64,000 nt of DNA from Epiperipatus broadwayi (lineage: Eukaryota; Animalia; Onychophora), in NCBI GenBank assembly GCA_028023455.1, contig JAQFVV010000007.1, positions 17,112,001 to 17,176,000 on the forward strand. The letters are read 5' to 3'. Shown in pieces: positions 51,582-64,000 of this stretch (positions are counted from its first letter, which is position 1; each line of letters begins with the position of its first letter). The notes under the pieces are model-generated. The model was not told where the DNA came from and made no database searches. It saw nothing but the letters and a program-made list of their open reading frames with translations. Position numbers and translations under genes: made by a program.

Positions 51582-53740
51582 TGAAGCAATGGATCCGGAA
51601 GTCCGATCCATGCTTCACAGCCTTCTATAAACTTACCGATATTGTAAACCTGGGTTAAGTTTACATTCAAGTATCAACAGTTTTGCATTAAATATAAAAA
51701 TGTTTCTTTTTGCTTATTCAACGGTCATTAAATTAGCTATTTACTTTAAAATATTCTTTTAAAATAAATTCTGATTAAAATTAAATTGTTTATTAAAATT
51801 TTTTTCAAAATTTATTAATGAAACATTTATGTACAGAATTGTATATATAATGATTAAATGCAAAATTCTGTTGAACTAAAATGTCATTTTATTAAAAGAA
51901 ATAATAAAATATTTTTCTTTTAATTTTGTTAAAAATATATGGCGCATGATTTTATTTTAAGATAAGCCTGCCAGCATTCTAAAGTAATGGCATTTTCAAT
52001 TAGTATTTCATTCAAGGCAAATTAAAGATGGCCTTTTTAATAAATCAAATTCAAAGTTAAAAGCAAAATTTGATAAGAAATTAAAGTTTATTTTTAGCAA
52101 AAAGTTACTTTGAAACAGGAGCGTAAGGGGCTTATCAAGATCTAGAATCACACGCAAAACAATACAAAAGTATCTCCAGAAAGGTATAAAAGGTGGGGAG
52201 AACAAAAGACTTGATTATTCAGATTTTGTGCTTCAATTGATTCAGATTTTGTTCTTGAAGAAAGTCTGCTGAAATTCGTCTTTTTAATTCTAAAATTATT
52301 TTATTCACAGATTGACTCTGAACGCATTTCTAAACTTGTTACTGAAGTAATTTTGAAAATGTACTTAGCTGCTGCTCGTCGGCTCTTTTGAAGAGTTCTA
52401 CTACTTACCTCTGCTGCTCCTGTTACGGCGACCAGTTTATTGATCCTCCGAGGTTGCACTGAAAATAAATGCTGAAAACCACTGTGTACTAGTTTTGCAG
52501 AGAATTCCTGTTCTGATTTAACCATGCGACCCTTTAAATTTTCTATTAATTTGGTGGTCATGACCATGTACGGCAGCTAAGCCCATCAGCTTTGCCTGCC
52601 GTCGGGGTCCTAATCCATCAAAATGCCGTAAAGTGTCAAGTATCTAGTAAAACCGAACTGTGAGCTGCGTGTGCACCCTTCGTGTCAAAATGCTTCCTAT
52701 TTCAAATCTCTTTGTCCGGACAAATCACTCCACATACGTAATCAAGCCACGGACATCGAGGGAACTGGATCAACTAAACAAGGACTGGTAACTTTTAATG
52801 ATCTCCTCATGAACGTTTACTTTCCTTTTTAATATAAGTACCTTTCTTTAAATGTTTCATTAATTTATTATATTTTATAATGTATCTCCTTTTATCTTAA
52901 TATTAGATTCCTATTTATTTTAACTTGACCATCTATTTTATGCTTAAATTTCCCCCCTTCGCTATTCATTTAAATGTGATATATATATTTTCTTGTTTCC
53001 TTATGCGGTGTAAATTATTTCTTTATTTGAAATATTTCCAATTTAAAATGAATATTTGTAATTCAATACTAGTTAAGTTTCCTTTTGTTTGCCGATTTGA
53101 TTTCCTCGATAATGCTTATTTTGTTTGTATTCAGTCCCACAGTTAAATATTAGTTATGTAAAGAAATCTTTAAATATTTTAAATTATTTGCAGAGCACAA
53201 AGCAACGAATGCTTTGTGCAATAGTTATTTCAATTTTGCTTTATTGAGGGTCATGAGTTGATAATTTGATTTAAATTGGAAAAGTAATACCTAGACTGCA
53301 GAATTATGTCATTGAAACCGCCTCATTGTAAAATTATTCATCAGGGATTAACCAGGGAATAGCGGAGATATTTAAAACATTTATAATATTTAAACTGCAT
53401 TAATTAAAGTATATCATTTAAAATAAAAGCTTTCATCTTATAATTTTTCTTTAAACCTTTTATGTTAATTGTCTGATGATCCAAGCATGCACAAACACTT
53501 AACTCATATTATATTATATTGGCACATTTAACTTATTTTAGTTCTTTAAGTGGGCCGGGATATAAAACAACTTATGCGTGTCTCGGATATGTTGTTGGTT
53601 CGTGGTTAGACTCGAAAATAGACGAATAGGGCAGAGGCCATAGTATTCTTGATTTTTATATCTTGCGTATGAGTGGCCTTGAGGGACTTTCACCTAGTCT
53701 TCGAACTGGGTTAAACCAATATACATGTTCGACCGGCACA
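51582..53740 (-). mobile_element. Solo-LTR-like element C
   Basis: ATAT|TGAAGC-hairpin-GCTTCA CAGCC...GGCACA|ATAT. It shares the blocks ATAGGGCAGA, TATCTTGCG and GAGG.ACTTT with the reverse complement of A, and AGTGGGCCGG with D. Confidence 0.72.
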
Positions 53741-55102
53741 ATATATTTATTTGGGAATGTGAAAGGGACAGCATACCATAAGTTTTATCAACAGTTGCAA
53801 TGGTAAATGATAATAAATGTCTTCTGCGCTGCCATATTTATTAATCCAATCTATTAATCATGTTTTCTTTTTGTTTATAAATGCTGCAATTTTACATAAA
53901 TTCAGAAATTGTTAAGATTAGTTTCTTTGAAAATATAGAACATTTATTCCACACTTAATGTTATAAAATATGATTAACATATACTTCTGAAGATAAACAA
54001 AAGCTTAGTAACACATTCAAATAATATAATGTTTAGGATAATATTGACACTGATAAATAAGTTTTATTCTTTAATTTATGAATATGTTGGGCAAACATAT
54101 ATATATACGTTAAACCTGATTTTGCTGAAAGCTAATTGGTTTTATAAATGTAATCACATAATAACAATCACAGTCTTATCTAAACCATGAATCTACTCCT
54201 CCCTAAGTGAAAGATGGATAATAAGCTCATCTAAATAAACCATTAGCAAGGGAATCCATTTTTTACTTAAAAAAGTGGCCATGACAACAGATTGAAAATT
54301 TTTTGTTTAAATAAGCTTATGGGTGTTCATATATATACTGGATATATGTTTGTCCCAATTTCTAATTTCATTAGTTTTACCATGAGAATGTGTGTGTGTA
54401 ATAATACAAAAGTATTAAGGAAATATAACACTGAAAATTATATTTATTAAAAACTATTCACAGCAGTCCTCTATATTTGCAAATCAATAAAAAAAAAATT
54501 ACAATAAATTAGATAATAAAAAAATGTTTATTTTCTAAATTTCAAATTTTAGTTTAACAGTGCAAAACACTGTGATTGTAAAACTTGATAAGCAAATAAC
54601 AGCAATAGATCCCCTCTTATAAAATTTTTTTTTTTAATCCTGCTGAGGTCAAGGCTGATGTAAGAGATCTAAAAAAAACTTTCTTCTTAAATACTGTTAT
54701 ATAAAATGCATGGATCGAAGGCTATGATAAGTTACACATTTGTACAAGATTAAGCCATCAGCATGGTTATAACAGTGTATAATACTCAATAGTAAATTGT
54801 ATCCGAGAGATATTGTTAACTCTGAAATCAGTAACTCTGAAATCAGAGTGGGTCAAGTTGTGAAAACTATTTACTTCTGGAGCAAATCAATATTTTAATG
54901 GTGAATGTTACCAATGTTTTGCAAAGCCAACAATTGAAGATTTGAATTAATTAAAGATATTTTTTTGATTGTATTTTTTTAGCAATATCCATATTTGGAT
55001 TATTTTTTATTCTTTATATTTTTTTCTTTAATAATTTCTAGATTGCGATTGAATATAAATAAAAAAATCAATTTTATTATTTATATAAATAAATATAATT
55101 AT

Positions 55103-55870
55103 AGAGTATTTGAACAAACTTTCAAGCTCTCTTCAGCTATCCACTCTAACTCATACAATTGATACACATGACCATAGATGTAAAAAAGATAAATGATCTC
55201 CAATATACATATTTCATACTGAACCAGCACTCATCAGTTGATCTAGATCATCTCCTCCACCGCATATGTACAATCGGTGCTCGGTTTATATTAAGACAGC
55301 AAATCTTCAAACTTTAATGGACAGGTTTCAATCTACTCCACCCTCCAACTCTTCAGCCATTCATTACCATTGAAAATCTGATGATGAAACACCCAAATTC
55401 AGTTTATGCCAATATTATTGTCATACCCATGTTGACTTTAAGTCACTCTGAATCTTCATGTATAGGTCTTTGTCCATTTAAATTCACAGAAGAGCGATGG
55501 GCAGGATACAGGCTGAATCCGTAATATTTGAATACTTGAAGTCAACATGGACATGACAATAATATTGGCATCAACAAAAAAATTGGTTGTTTCATCATCA
55601 GATTTTCAATGGTATGGATGGCTGAATAGTTGGAGTAGATTAAAACCTGGCCATTAAAGCTTGAAAATTTGCTATCTTAATATAAACTGAGCATTGATTG
55701 TATATATGTGTGGTAGTTGATGATCTGAATCAAATGATGAGTGCTGGTTCAGCACGAAATACAAATATAGGAGATCATTTACCTTTTTCACATGTGTGGT
55801 CATGTGTACCAGTTGTATGAGAAAGAGTGGATAGCTGAATGGGGCTTGAAAGTCTGTGTTCAAATACCCT
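55103..55870. repeat. Foldback/MITE with about 340-bp imperfect inverted arms
   Basis: Arm pairs include TTTGAAC..ACTTTCAAG...CTTGAAAGTCTGTGTTCAAA, AGCACTCATC/GATGAGTGCT, TTGAAAATCTGATGATGAAAC/GTTTCATCATCAGATTTTCAA and TGCCAATATTATTGTCAT/ATGACAATAATATTGGCA. Confidence 0.9.
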
Positions 55871-56699
55871 TTAATTACATCTAAACTTCAAGTATATGAA
55901 TTATGCTTGTATTCAAATATAAATAAATATAATAAATGCAAATCTACATTATATTTTTTTCATATTGCAGCATCTCATAAATGCACACAACCTACACTGC
56001 AATTCTTTTTAATCATGATCTATGCAAGATTACATATGAAAATTTTGGTCAATTAAAAATTTTGCTTAAGTTAATTAATAAAGCAATGTTGTAAAACATA
56101 TTTACTTAAGCTGAGGACTACTGCATATATACACAGTATACTAGAAAATTTCTATATATATATATATTTTTTTAATTCGTTCACTACTTCTTTTGACTTG
56201 CTTTGAATAATATATATATTCTACAAATTAATTTTTCAACAAAAACATCTAAAATTGAGTTTTTTAATTCAAAAGAGATTAAACAGGTTTTTTTTTTTGA
56301 TTGATTATATATTTAGCATCTTTAATTGCTATAAAAAAAAAAATTTTTCAATAAACTTGTCCCTGATCTACTTTCAAATTTAAACAATAGATCTAAATAA
56401 TTATAACAGAATATTTTTAAAGTAATTAGTGTCAGCCTAATTGTTCACACTAACAACTAAATATTGTGGGCTTTTATGTGAGACTAAAGGTGAACTTTCT
56501 TTTGCTCTTTCTTTAAAGCATTTAAATTTTTTTAAAGAAACACTCATCGATGAAAAAATGTAATAATTAATGAAAAGGAAGCAATTCTATTGACATGGAA
56601 ATTTCAAATCATATTTTTAAATCACTATGCCTACTTTTTTATATAAATAAAAATTACTGTTTAATTAAAAATATATAAAAAAGTAGAATAACAAAATGT

Positions 56700-58472
56700 A
56701 TAAAATCTGCAGTTACGGCTCTTATAGCTGAGGATGAAAAGTGTCTTCAGAATGTTGAATAAATTGGAAGTGCATGGGTTGTAGTATTATGGACAAAGAC
56801 GCCGCTCGATGGCACCGTTATCACGCTAAAACTATAAAATGTGAACATTCCCAGGCTGTTGATTTTAATCATTTTGATGTGTTTTTTGTAATGTGAAAAT
56901 AAAAAATATCAAAATCATGTTTTTTTAAATATTTTTTTTTATTAACATATACAAATTAAATGATAACAATAATAGTAAAATAAAATCAACAAATTACAAT
57001 TTTATTCATGTTTTTTTTTTTTTTGCTTTATTAGAAAAAACAATTTTCAAACTGATTTTTTTTTGGGGGGGTTACACCTTTTTTGTTGTTGTTTAAAAAC
57101 TCATAATCGGAATAAAAAGTAAAAGTTCTTAGTCTTCGTTTTACATTTTAATTTTTACAGAGAAACAGATATTATTGTGTTACCACTATTTTTTACTTCA
57201 AATAGAATGACAACAAAAAGTAAGTTGTTAGGGTTAGGTTTAGATTTAGGGTTCTGTTGTTTGTAAATCACAGAATCGAACAAGATGTGCAATTTCCTGC
57301 GCCATATTGTTGGTCTCGTGGAATGTTACGAACAGTACGTTACTTGATGCGTTACCTAATTCCAACTGCCTTTGCACATTTATCTGGACAAGATTTTGCC
57401 ACTTAAAACTTCAATACAGAATGGTATAAAGAGTTGGATAATTATTACTTAAGTAAATCGGAATATTTCAATACTTTAAAAAAAAAAAAAAATTCAATAA
57501 AAACCACATTTTCATCAAATTCAAAATGCACACACTCTCACACCAAGCCGTAATAATTGTATGAAGTGTGCGATTTCGCTCAATGGATTTGCTGCGATGT
57601 GACGAAGCGACCTGTATTCTGTAACACATCACAAACGTTGTATTAGAGTTAAATGCGGGTTCGCATACATGCTGTACTGCGACGCGACATAGTGGCCTGC
57701 AATATGTAGCACAACAAAAAAGTTGTATTATAGAAAACGCGGGTTCGAACGTGTCGGCCGCGGAAACGGCATTTTTATGTGCTTTAGCATGTAAACGGCG
57801 CCATCGAGCGGCGTCTTTGTCCATAATACTACAAACAGTGCATGGAATACAGAATAAATATTAATGTTGAGAAGACTAAGTAAATATGGATAGAAAGGAA
57901 TGCAAAATGACTGAAAGTTGAAATCCAGGATAATATAGTTCAACAGGTAAAGGGATTTAGATAGTTGTTTGAATGAGGATGGAACAAGTGAAGATGAAGT
58001 TAAAAGAAGAATAGCATTGGCAAAGGAAAGATTTATTTTTCTGACCCTTGAAGAGAATTAAGGAAAAGATTAATTAAATGCTATGTGTGAAGAGTATTAC
58101 TGTATGGTTATGAAACGTTGACACCGAGCAATGAAATCAGAAACAGATTGGAAGCCTTTAAGATGTGATCATAGAGAAGGATGGAAAAAAATCAGATGGA
58201 TGAATAAAATAACAAATAAAGAAGTTTAAGTAAATGAAAAAAGAAGATTGGTTGAGGAAATTATAAAGAGAAACTGGATTAGACATATATTAAGAAATCT
58301 AATTTAATAAAACATGTTTTGAAGAAAATGGTGCGAAAGAGATGGAAATTATTTGGATGTTATGAGATGGGAAGAGTTACATGAAATTGAAGAGATTGGA
58401 GTGGCAAAATGGATGAATTGGTGTTGTGATTGCTTTTTGGACCTGTCCAGGAAACAGAGTACTATTGATTGA
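56700..58472 (+). mobile_element. 5'-truncated old LINE (RTE/L2-like) RT fragment with 3' tail, interrupted by the MITE at 56778-57836
   Basis: Motifs are ALIAEDEKCLQ, INVEKTK, LLYGYET, EAFKM..RRM.KIRW..KITNKEV and NWIRHILR. The element ends in ACCTGTCC...TATTGATTGAT. Confidence 0.75.
56778..57836. mobile_element. Non-autonomous TIR DNA element, copy 2 of the same family, in opposite orientation, inserted in an old LINE RT fragment
   Basis: Near-perfect TIRs TTGTAGTATTATGGACAAAGACGCCGCTCGATGGC are flanked by an exact 9-bp TSD AGTGCATGG (56769-56777 and 57837-57845). Long internal blocks match the reverse complement of 33426-34679. Confidence 0.9.
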
Positions 58473-58847
58473 TAGATATGCCTACTATCAATATAAAATG
58501 AGTCAATACAAAGAAGTAGAGCTGCCTGGTATAACAATTGACTGCCATCTGGATCAAACATACCTGATAATTTTTTAAAAACACTTCAAATTTTTCTTTC
58601 TGGAATTGGCCCATAGCAAAGTCATTCAATAAACACTGCAATAATCTTTAATTAACCACCACAGGGCAAAAACCTGTCCAACAGATCTTCATAAAAAATA
58701 ATCTAATATTGATTAATAAATAAAAATAAAACAAGGATAAAAAACACTCAAACCTCACCACCTAGAAATTAGCAATCTTGGTATTGTATTTTCCTACCTC
58801 AGTGGACAAGTTCTGAGGGGATCCTTTATTTATTTTTTTTGAAACTT

Positions 58848-59010
58848 TCATTTTGCTATGAGCACATTTTTCATTATCATTCTAAAATACTACTCCCTGC
58901 ATGATTTGGTACAGTAGCAGAGATACAGTACTATCATTTTGCTATGAACCCATTTAATCACATTATCTTCATTCTAAAAGACTGCTCCCCACATGAGTTG
59001 GCGCAGAGAT
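58848..59010. repeat. About 86-bp diverged tandem duplication
   Basis: TCATTTTGCTATGA...TCATTCTAAAA.ACT.CTCCC..CATGA.TTGG occurs twice. Confidence 0.75.
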
Positions 59011-59318
59011 AGAGTAGGTAATGCCATTTAGTACTCGAACATTTTATGAACTTCTGAATAATGAAACATTTTCTTATTTTATAAGAATGTGACCTCTTTA
59101 TTCACCAATTCAATATGATTTTTTTTTTCCTCCAGAACTAATTAACCAAGAAAACAAAGGAACCTCCAATATATAAATGCTAAGATAATTTATAATATTA
59201 ATAACAATAGCAATTAGAAAAAAAAAAAATTAGAACTGCTTTCTATCTAGATGTATTTCAAAGAAAATATAAAAATTAATCTGCATTAGGTACTGGGTAT
59301 AAAGATATATAAAAAAAG

Positions 59319-60000
59319 TACTTCACAATGTGAATATATAATGTTAAACACAATCATTTTTAAATTGTAGATGCTGTTATAATAAATAGTACACTCTCCC
59401 ATCTCAGTATTCAACAATATTGTAACAAAAAAATGAAATTACTTTCTTAATGGTTCTCGATAATTATATATAAAGAAGATTGTCTTGAATACTTAAAGCA
59501 GAGAATGGATATTAATCAATCCAATTATTTTATTGTTTTCATATGAATTGATTTTTATTTAACAAAGTAATGAAATTCCGTCTTTTTAAAAAAAAACTTT
59601 GTAACAAACATTTTCTTGTTGCAGCATTAAGGTGGGAATGTTGTATTATTTACTATAACAGCATTTACTATTTTAAAAAAATTGTGTTTAATGTTGCATA
59701 TATATATTCACATTGTGAATTACTTCATTACATGTAGATTCTTTAATATTTATTACACAATTAAAGGGAGGGGGGGGGATTTCTTAATTAAATAAAAAAT
59801 TAATCTGTTTAATCAATATAAAAACAATAAAATAATTGAATTAATATTCACATGCTCTGCCTTAAAGATTCAAGACAATCTTCTTTATATGCAAAGAGAA
59901 CCAATAAGAAAGTTTCAGTATTGTAGGAGGTGGGAGTGTGTATTAGTTATTATAACAGCATTTACTATTTAAAAACGGTTGTGTTTAATGTTATTATGTA
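59319..60000. repeat. Rearranged foldback element (nested inverted and direct repeats)
   Basis: AAGAAGATTGTCTTGAAT pairs with ATTCAAGACAATCTTCTT. The block TATAACAGCATTTACTATTT occurs at about 59654 and 59951, with an inverted copy at about 59365. Confidence 0.75.
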
Positions 60001-60064
60001 GATATTTATAAATTGATTAACAATAGTAAATTACTCCTCAATAAAATAATTTACGAAAATATAT

Positions 60065-62909
60065 TGAAGCAATAGATCAGTATACCAGATCCACGCTTCA
60101 CGTCTTTCTAGATTACTAGACTAGGATCAAACCAGATCCACGCGTCTGCCATTTTTATAGATTTCGCGTCTGCCATTTTATATACATTTAAATTTTAGGC
60201 CAGTAAATAAGTGATTAAAGTATTAATTTTCTATTAAAATGTTTTTATTATAAATATTGGAGGCGCCCAGATAGATATATATATGCGCAAATACATATAT
60301 ATATATAATTACAGATGGAAACTTTTATAAAAATCAATATATAAATTTTTAATATGATATTTTTTTAAGTATTTTATTCTGGAGATTTGCTTTCACGATA
60401 AACCCTACTAACATTCCGTAATGTCAAACAAAAGAAAATCCATTAACAAAATGCTAATGGATTTTCTAATTAAAGTAAAATTAAAATAGAAAAGATATTT
60501 GAAATATAAATTCTTCAAATCTACATTTAATTAAAAATAGATTTGAAACAATTAAATCATTGGGTTTATCAGGAGAGTGGATCTCAGGAATACAAATATA
60601 CTTTTAGGTTGATAATTGCGGTTATTGGAATTCTAACATCGCCACTTAGTCTGGAGCGTATGAAAAAGGGAATTTCCCAAAAATAGTCAAAAAGGGTATA
60701 AAATAGCCCAAGAGAACAATAGAGGTCAGCCATAGTTTTTGTCAACGATTGCCTAGCAAATCCACGTCGGTCAAATTTTTAAAAGAAGCATGATAGCAGA
60801 GTCGATGGCTTTAAACTGCCCGTGTCCCCACTATCTTAAATATGATCGCCAAAATACCATAAGCCGGAGAAACCTCATCAAAATGAACTGCTGAACTCTC
60901 TTATTCAATTCATAGCTAGCTATGCCTGTGCGAAAATTCAGATTTCATCGTGGAATCAAAACTTCCACAAGGACTCAGAATAAATTAGGTAATATGTTCC
61001 AATTTGTTATTTCTAACCGCCTAATTTATTCTTTTAAAAACTCCAGTGACCCAGTAATGTAAATCCTGCTAATTTTAATGTCTTCTAAAATGTAATCCCG
61101 ATAATGTAATCTAAATGTTTAACTTAATATTCTGTAAATTATACTTGCTATTACTTAAATCTAATGTCTTTGCTCTCATTCTATCTGTTTAAAAGTTAGG
61201 CCTCTTAATGCTAAACTTTCTTCTAATATGTGGTTTAGAAAATATTATTATTTATTTAAATGAAATGAATATATGCCAATTTTATTCCATCTCGACAAAA
61301 GCTTTATCTAAATAAATATTTGTGCTTCCTATTTCCCGACCAACGTTTGTCGGTAAATAAAAATGAATAATTCTCTAGCTCTGAAAGATTAATACTTGGA
61401 GCAACCTTTGTTTTGTCGAGATGAAACCATTTTATATTATTATGTGTTTTTTTAAAAATAAATACGTACACGGTTTAGTTGTGGGGAGACGCTAAATTCA
61501 ATTATGAGTTTATTTAGTTATCTTATTTCATTTTTGAAGAGTGAAAGGGAAGGGGTTTAGAAAATTAGATTCGTGTTAAATAATAAGAGAGTAATAGAAT
61601 GTTAAATGAAATACGAGTGGGATTTTGTGCTGAAGGGAGAGATGTATCGCTTATAAAAAGGATATTCGTAATAATAATTAATGTTTGTTTTATTCTTGTT
61701 GGTCTGATCTTGGTCAATCCGTATTACATTTGTGTAATCTTTATAGCTCAGCACAATTATATATTTAAATGCTAAAATATATTCTTCAGTACTTGTATTT
61801 TGCCTTGCTGGTATTTTGGTTAATTACTTGTCTTTTGTTTTGTGTGACTGCTAGATCAGAAATCGTCCACGTGATAATTTCACTGGCTATAAATTTTCTT
61901 ATCAGGATATGAAAGACAAAAATGGGAAGAACCAGGGCAAGCTGAGCAGAGCTAATCTTGGCGATTCTCATATCTTTCACCTGAAATATTTTAGGTTTGC
62001 CAATGGCGCAGATCATTCTTTTTTATTTCTTGGCATCATGGGAACGGGGCAGGTGAATTGAGTCTATACTGGTAATGTAATGTCGACTGCTGGTTTACTC
62101 ACTTTCTTTTGTTCTGAGCATATCATGACGGATTGACTACGATATGATTATTTTATGTGTTTTAAAATCTTAAAATATTTATTTGCGAATATCACGATCC
62201 ATTTATATTTTAAATGTGTCACTCTCTTTGACGCCGATTCCTACTATTTCTCTCTTAAAAATAATTTCACTCATAATACAGTTATGTTTAAAATAGGCTC
62301 TTTAAAATATTTATTCCGTATATCTCAGACTTGGGTGAGCTTCTTCCATAAATTGCTAATCGTTTACATTTGTTAGATTGGCATATAAACTATACCGCTC
62401 TCTTGCCAGAGGCATAATAAATGACAGAATAGAAATTTATATTAACTAACTTATGAAATAAAAACAGAGACATTAGATAAATTATATAAATATTTTATTA
62501 AATATATATATATGTGAATTTAAGCTACCTGTGGTTCGTCTCTATTTATTCATTCTAAAATTAGTATTTCAAATAAATTATTGTGCTGCTATCTGATGAC
62601 TCAAGGTCACGTCACACATATACCATTTTTATATTTAAATTAATAGATAGTTTAATTAAAGTTAATAATTAGAGTTAGACATCCGAATTAGTTGAGGCTC
62701 ATGGTCCATCGTTGATGCTAGTGGGCCGGAGTGTGGAAAAGATTAATTACTTGCCTCGAAAATGTTGTTAATTAGTTGGCAGCTTTAGAGAGTGGGTAAA
62801 CAGGGCAGAATCCATAAGTATTCTTTATCTTTGATCTCGCATACAGTTGGATTCGAGGTACTTTTACCCAGGCTGCGAATCGTGTTAACATACAATTTGG
62901 ACCAGTACA
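60065..62909 (-). mobile_element. Solo-LTR-like element D
   Basis: ATAT|TGAAGC-hairpin-GCTTCA...GTACA|ATAT. The exact 19-mer TTGGATTCGAGGTACTTTT is shared with the reverse complement of element A. Confidence 0.72.
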
Positions 62910-63199
62910 ATATATATATCATTATGTGGAATTTATGAAAAACTTATAGAAACTGAAATTACTACTTTGAAAATACTTAACAAAACTTTACTATTACAGA
63001 CACAGTGATCCATAAGTCTAGCATTATAAATATGAAAAAAATAAAAGCTTTTGTTTAAAATTTTGTTCAATATATCCACTGCTATTTTCAGTTAACAAAT
63101 TTAGAATTTTATTCGATTAATAAACACAGTCATATACATACAGCAGCTATTAGTACACAAACCTGGCCAATCCAACCCCAAAAAAAAAAACAATTTTGG

Positions 63200-64000
63200 A
63201 GATGAGTTTTTTACAAATACTTCCATATACAAAACATGATAATCCACTTTTCCATTTTCCTGATATTTTGTGATGACATTTTTTAATTTCTTCTGCATAA
63301 AACTGTTTTTTCTGCAATATTTCAACACCAAGTCAATTGTAGATCTCAAATGCATTCAATTTTCTGCTATATCTGTACAATGAAAACAAACAACATTGCA
63401 TCATTTTTTACGTCTTTGAAATAATCCTTGTAACAAAACACAAAAGAGTCTATCTTTTCCATGAGAATTATACTTAAATTTATAACAAATTACTTCTTTA
63501 AAAAGTCTTCTCTTAATTCATTTTATATGTCCAGTCCAAGAAAGGTGTGATTTTACAACAGTGGACTCTATAGTATCACCCTTAGAATGAAGAACATATA
63601 GAATGGTTTTATGAGCACCATTGAATTTTTCAAATTTTATGAAGCATCTTTCTAATAACTTTACATAATGCCGATAAGGTATCCAAATCATACTTCCATA
63701 CAACAAATTATGTAAAATAACAATGCTATAAATTGGAGTTTGTGTGGTACTTCGGCATCTAAGTCCATCTTTCTATTTATAAAACTACAATGAATTTAAA
63801 TTGGTTTACATTCTCAAGTTGATAATCTTCCAAGCTAAAAGTTAGAGGATTTTTGATCCATCAATGGCTGCTAAACAAATTAAGTTTTTTTTAACATTAA
63901 TTAATAAATAAGATCTTTATAAGTTGTATTCAAAACATTAAGAACATTTTGTAAATCATCTTTTGAACTGGTAAAAATAATACAATTATCAACATACTGT
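63200..64000 (-). mobile_element. RTE-type LINE RT fragment
   Basis: YVDNCIIF..SKDDLQ, INVKK and LYGSMIW..YRHYVKLLER..SHLSWTGHI match RTE ORF2 (LYGSETW..RRH.KLLERF..QLRWAGHV). Confidence 0.75.

Noticed and set aside
52301-52567. ORF MVMTTKLIENLKGRM...PRRINKLVAVTGAAE with an internal GTAAGT, superficially like the PHB2 N-terminus
   Set aside because: It lies inside LTR-like element C and the similarity is weak. The intervening conserved PHB2 exons, which would have to lie between it and 48378, are absent.
55097-55876. Kolobok assignment (TTAA + AG termini) for the 55-kb foldback element
   Set aside because: Homology with the 7-kb copies extends beyond the apparent TTAA, so the true termini and TSD are uncertain.
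56490-56520. Minus-strand FKERAKESSPL resembling PHB2 ELTERAKDFSL
   Set aside because: The match does not extend to either side and has no splice context, so it is a chance hit.
61786-62016. ORF ...MRIAKISSAQLALVLPIFVFHILIRKF with apparent splice sites
   Set aside because: It lies within LTR-like element D and is not conserved in elements A or C.
1-64000. CRISPR arrays, rRNA or prokaryotic operon-type systems
   Set aside because: There are no regularly spaced repeat-spacer arrays, rRNA-like tracts or dense ORFs. The window is intron- and TE-rich eukaryotic DNA.

Overview
This is very AT-rich, CpG-depleted animal genomic DNA, probably from an invertebrate, not a prokaryotic locus. The only host gene I can identify confidently is prohibitin-2 (PHB2) on the minus strand. 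Its last three coding exons lie at 48275-48378, 44397-44474 and 26725-26838, and the first two are joined by a 3.8-kb U12-type AT-AC minor intron. I found no upstream PHB2 exon, so it probably lies beyond the right edge of the window. A CpG-rich island with a perfect minus-strand donor site at about 9.5-10.7 kb suggests the 5' end of a second gene. Most of the rest is transposon-derived. It includes a near full-length but disrupted LINE (ORF1 with PHD and SGNH esterase; ORF2 with APE, RT and a C-terminal Cys/His motif), a rearranged Penelope element, two hAT transposase remnants, many short LINE fragments, a tRNA-derived retroposed copy, and several MITE/foldback palindromes. It also holds a cluster of four divergent 2.2-2.9 kb TG...CA solo-LTR-like elements at ATAT sites. 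The most unusual signal is in these elements: three carry a 78-79 nt two-stem motif with compensatory base changes and a possible pseudoknot about 40-45 nt from one end, and all four carry a terminal hairpin at the other end.
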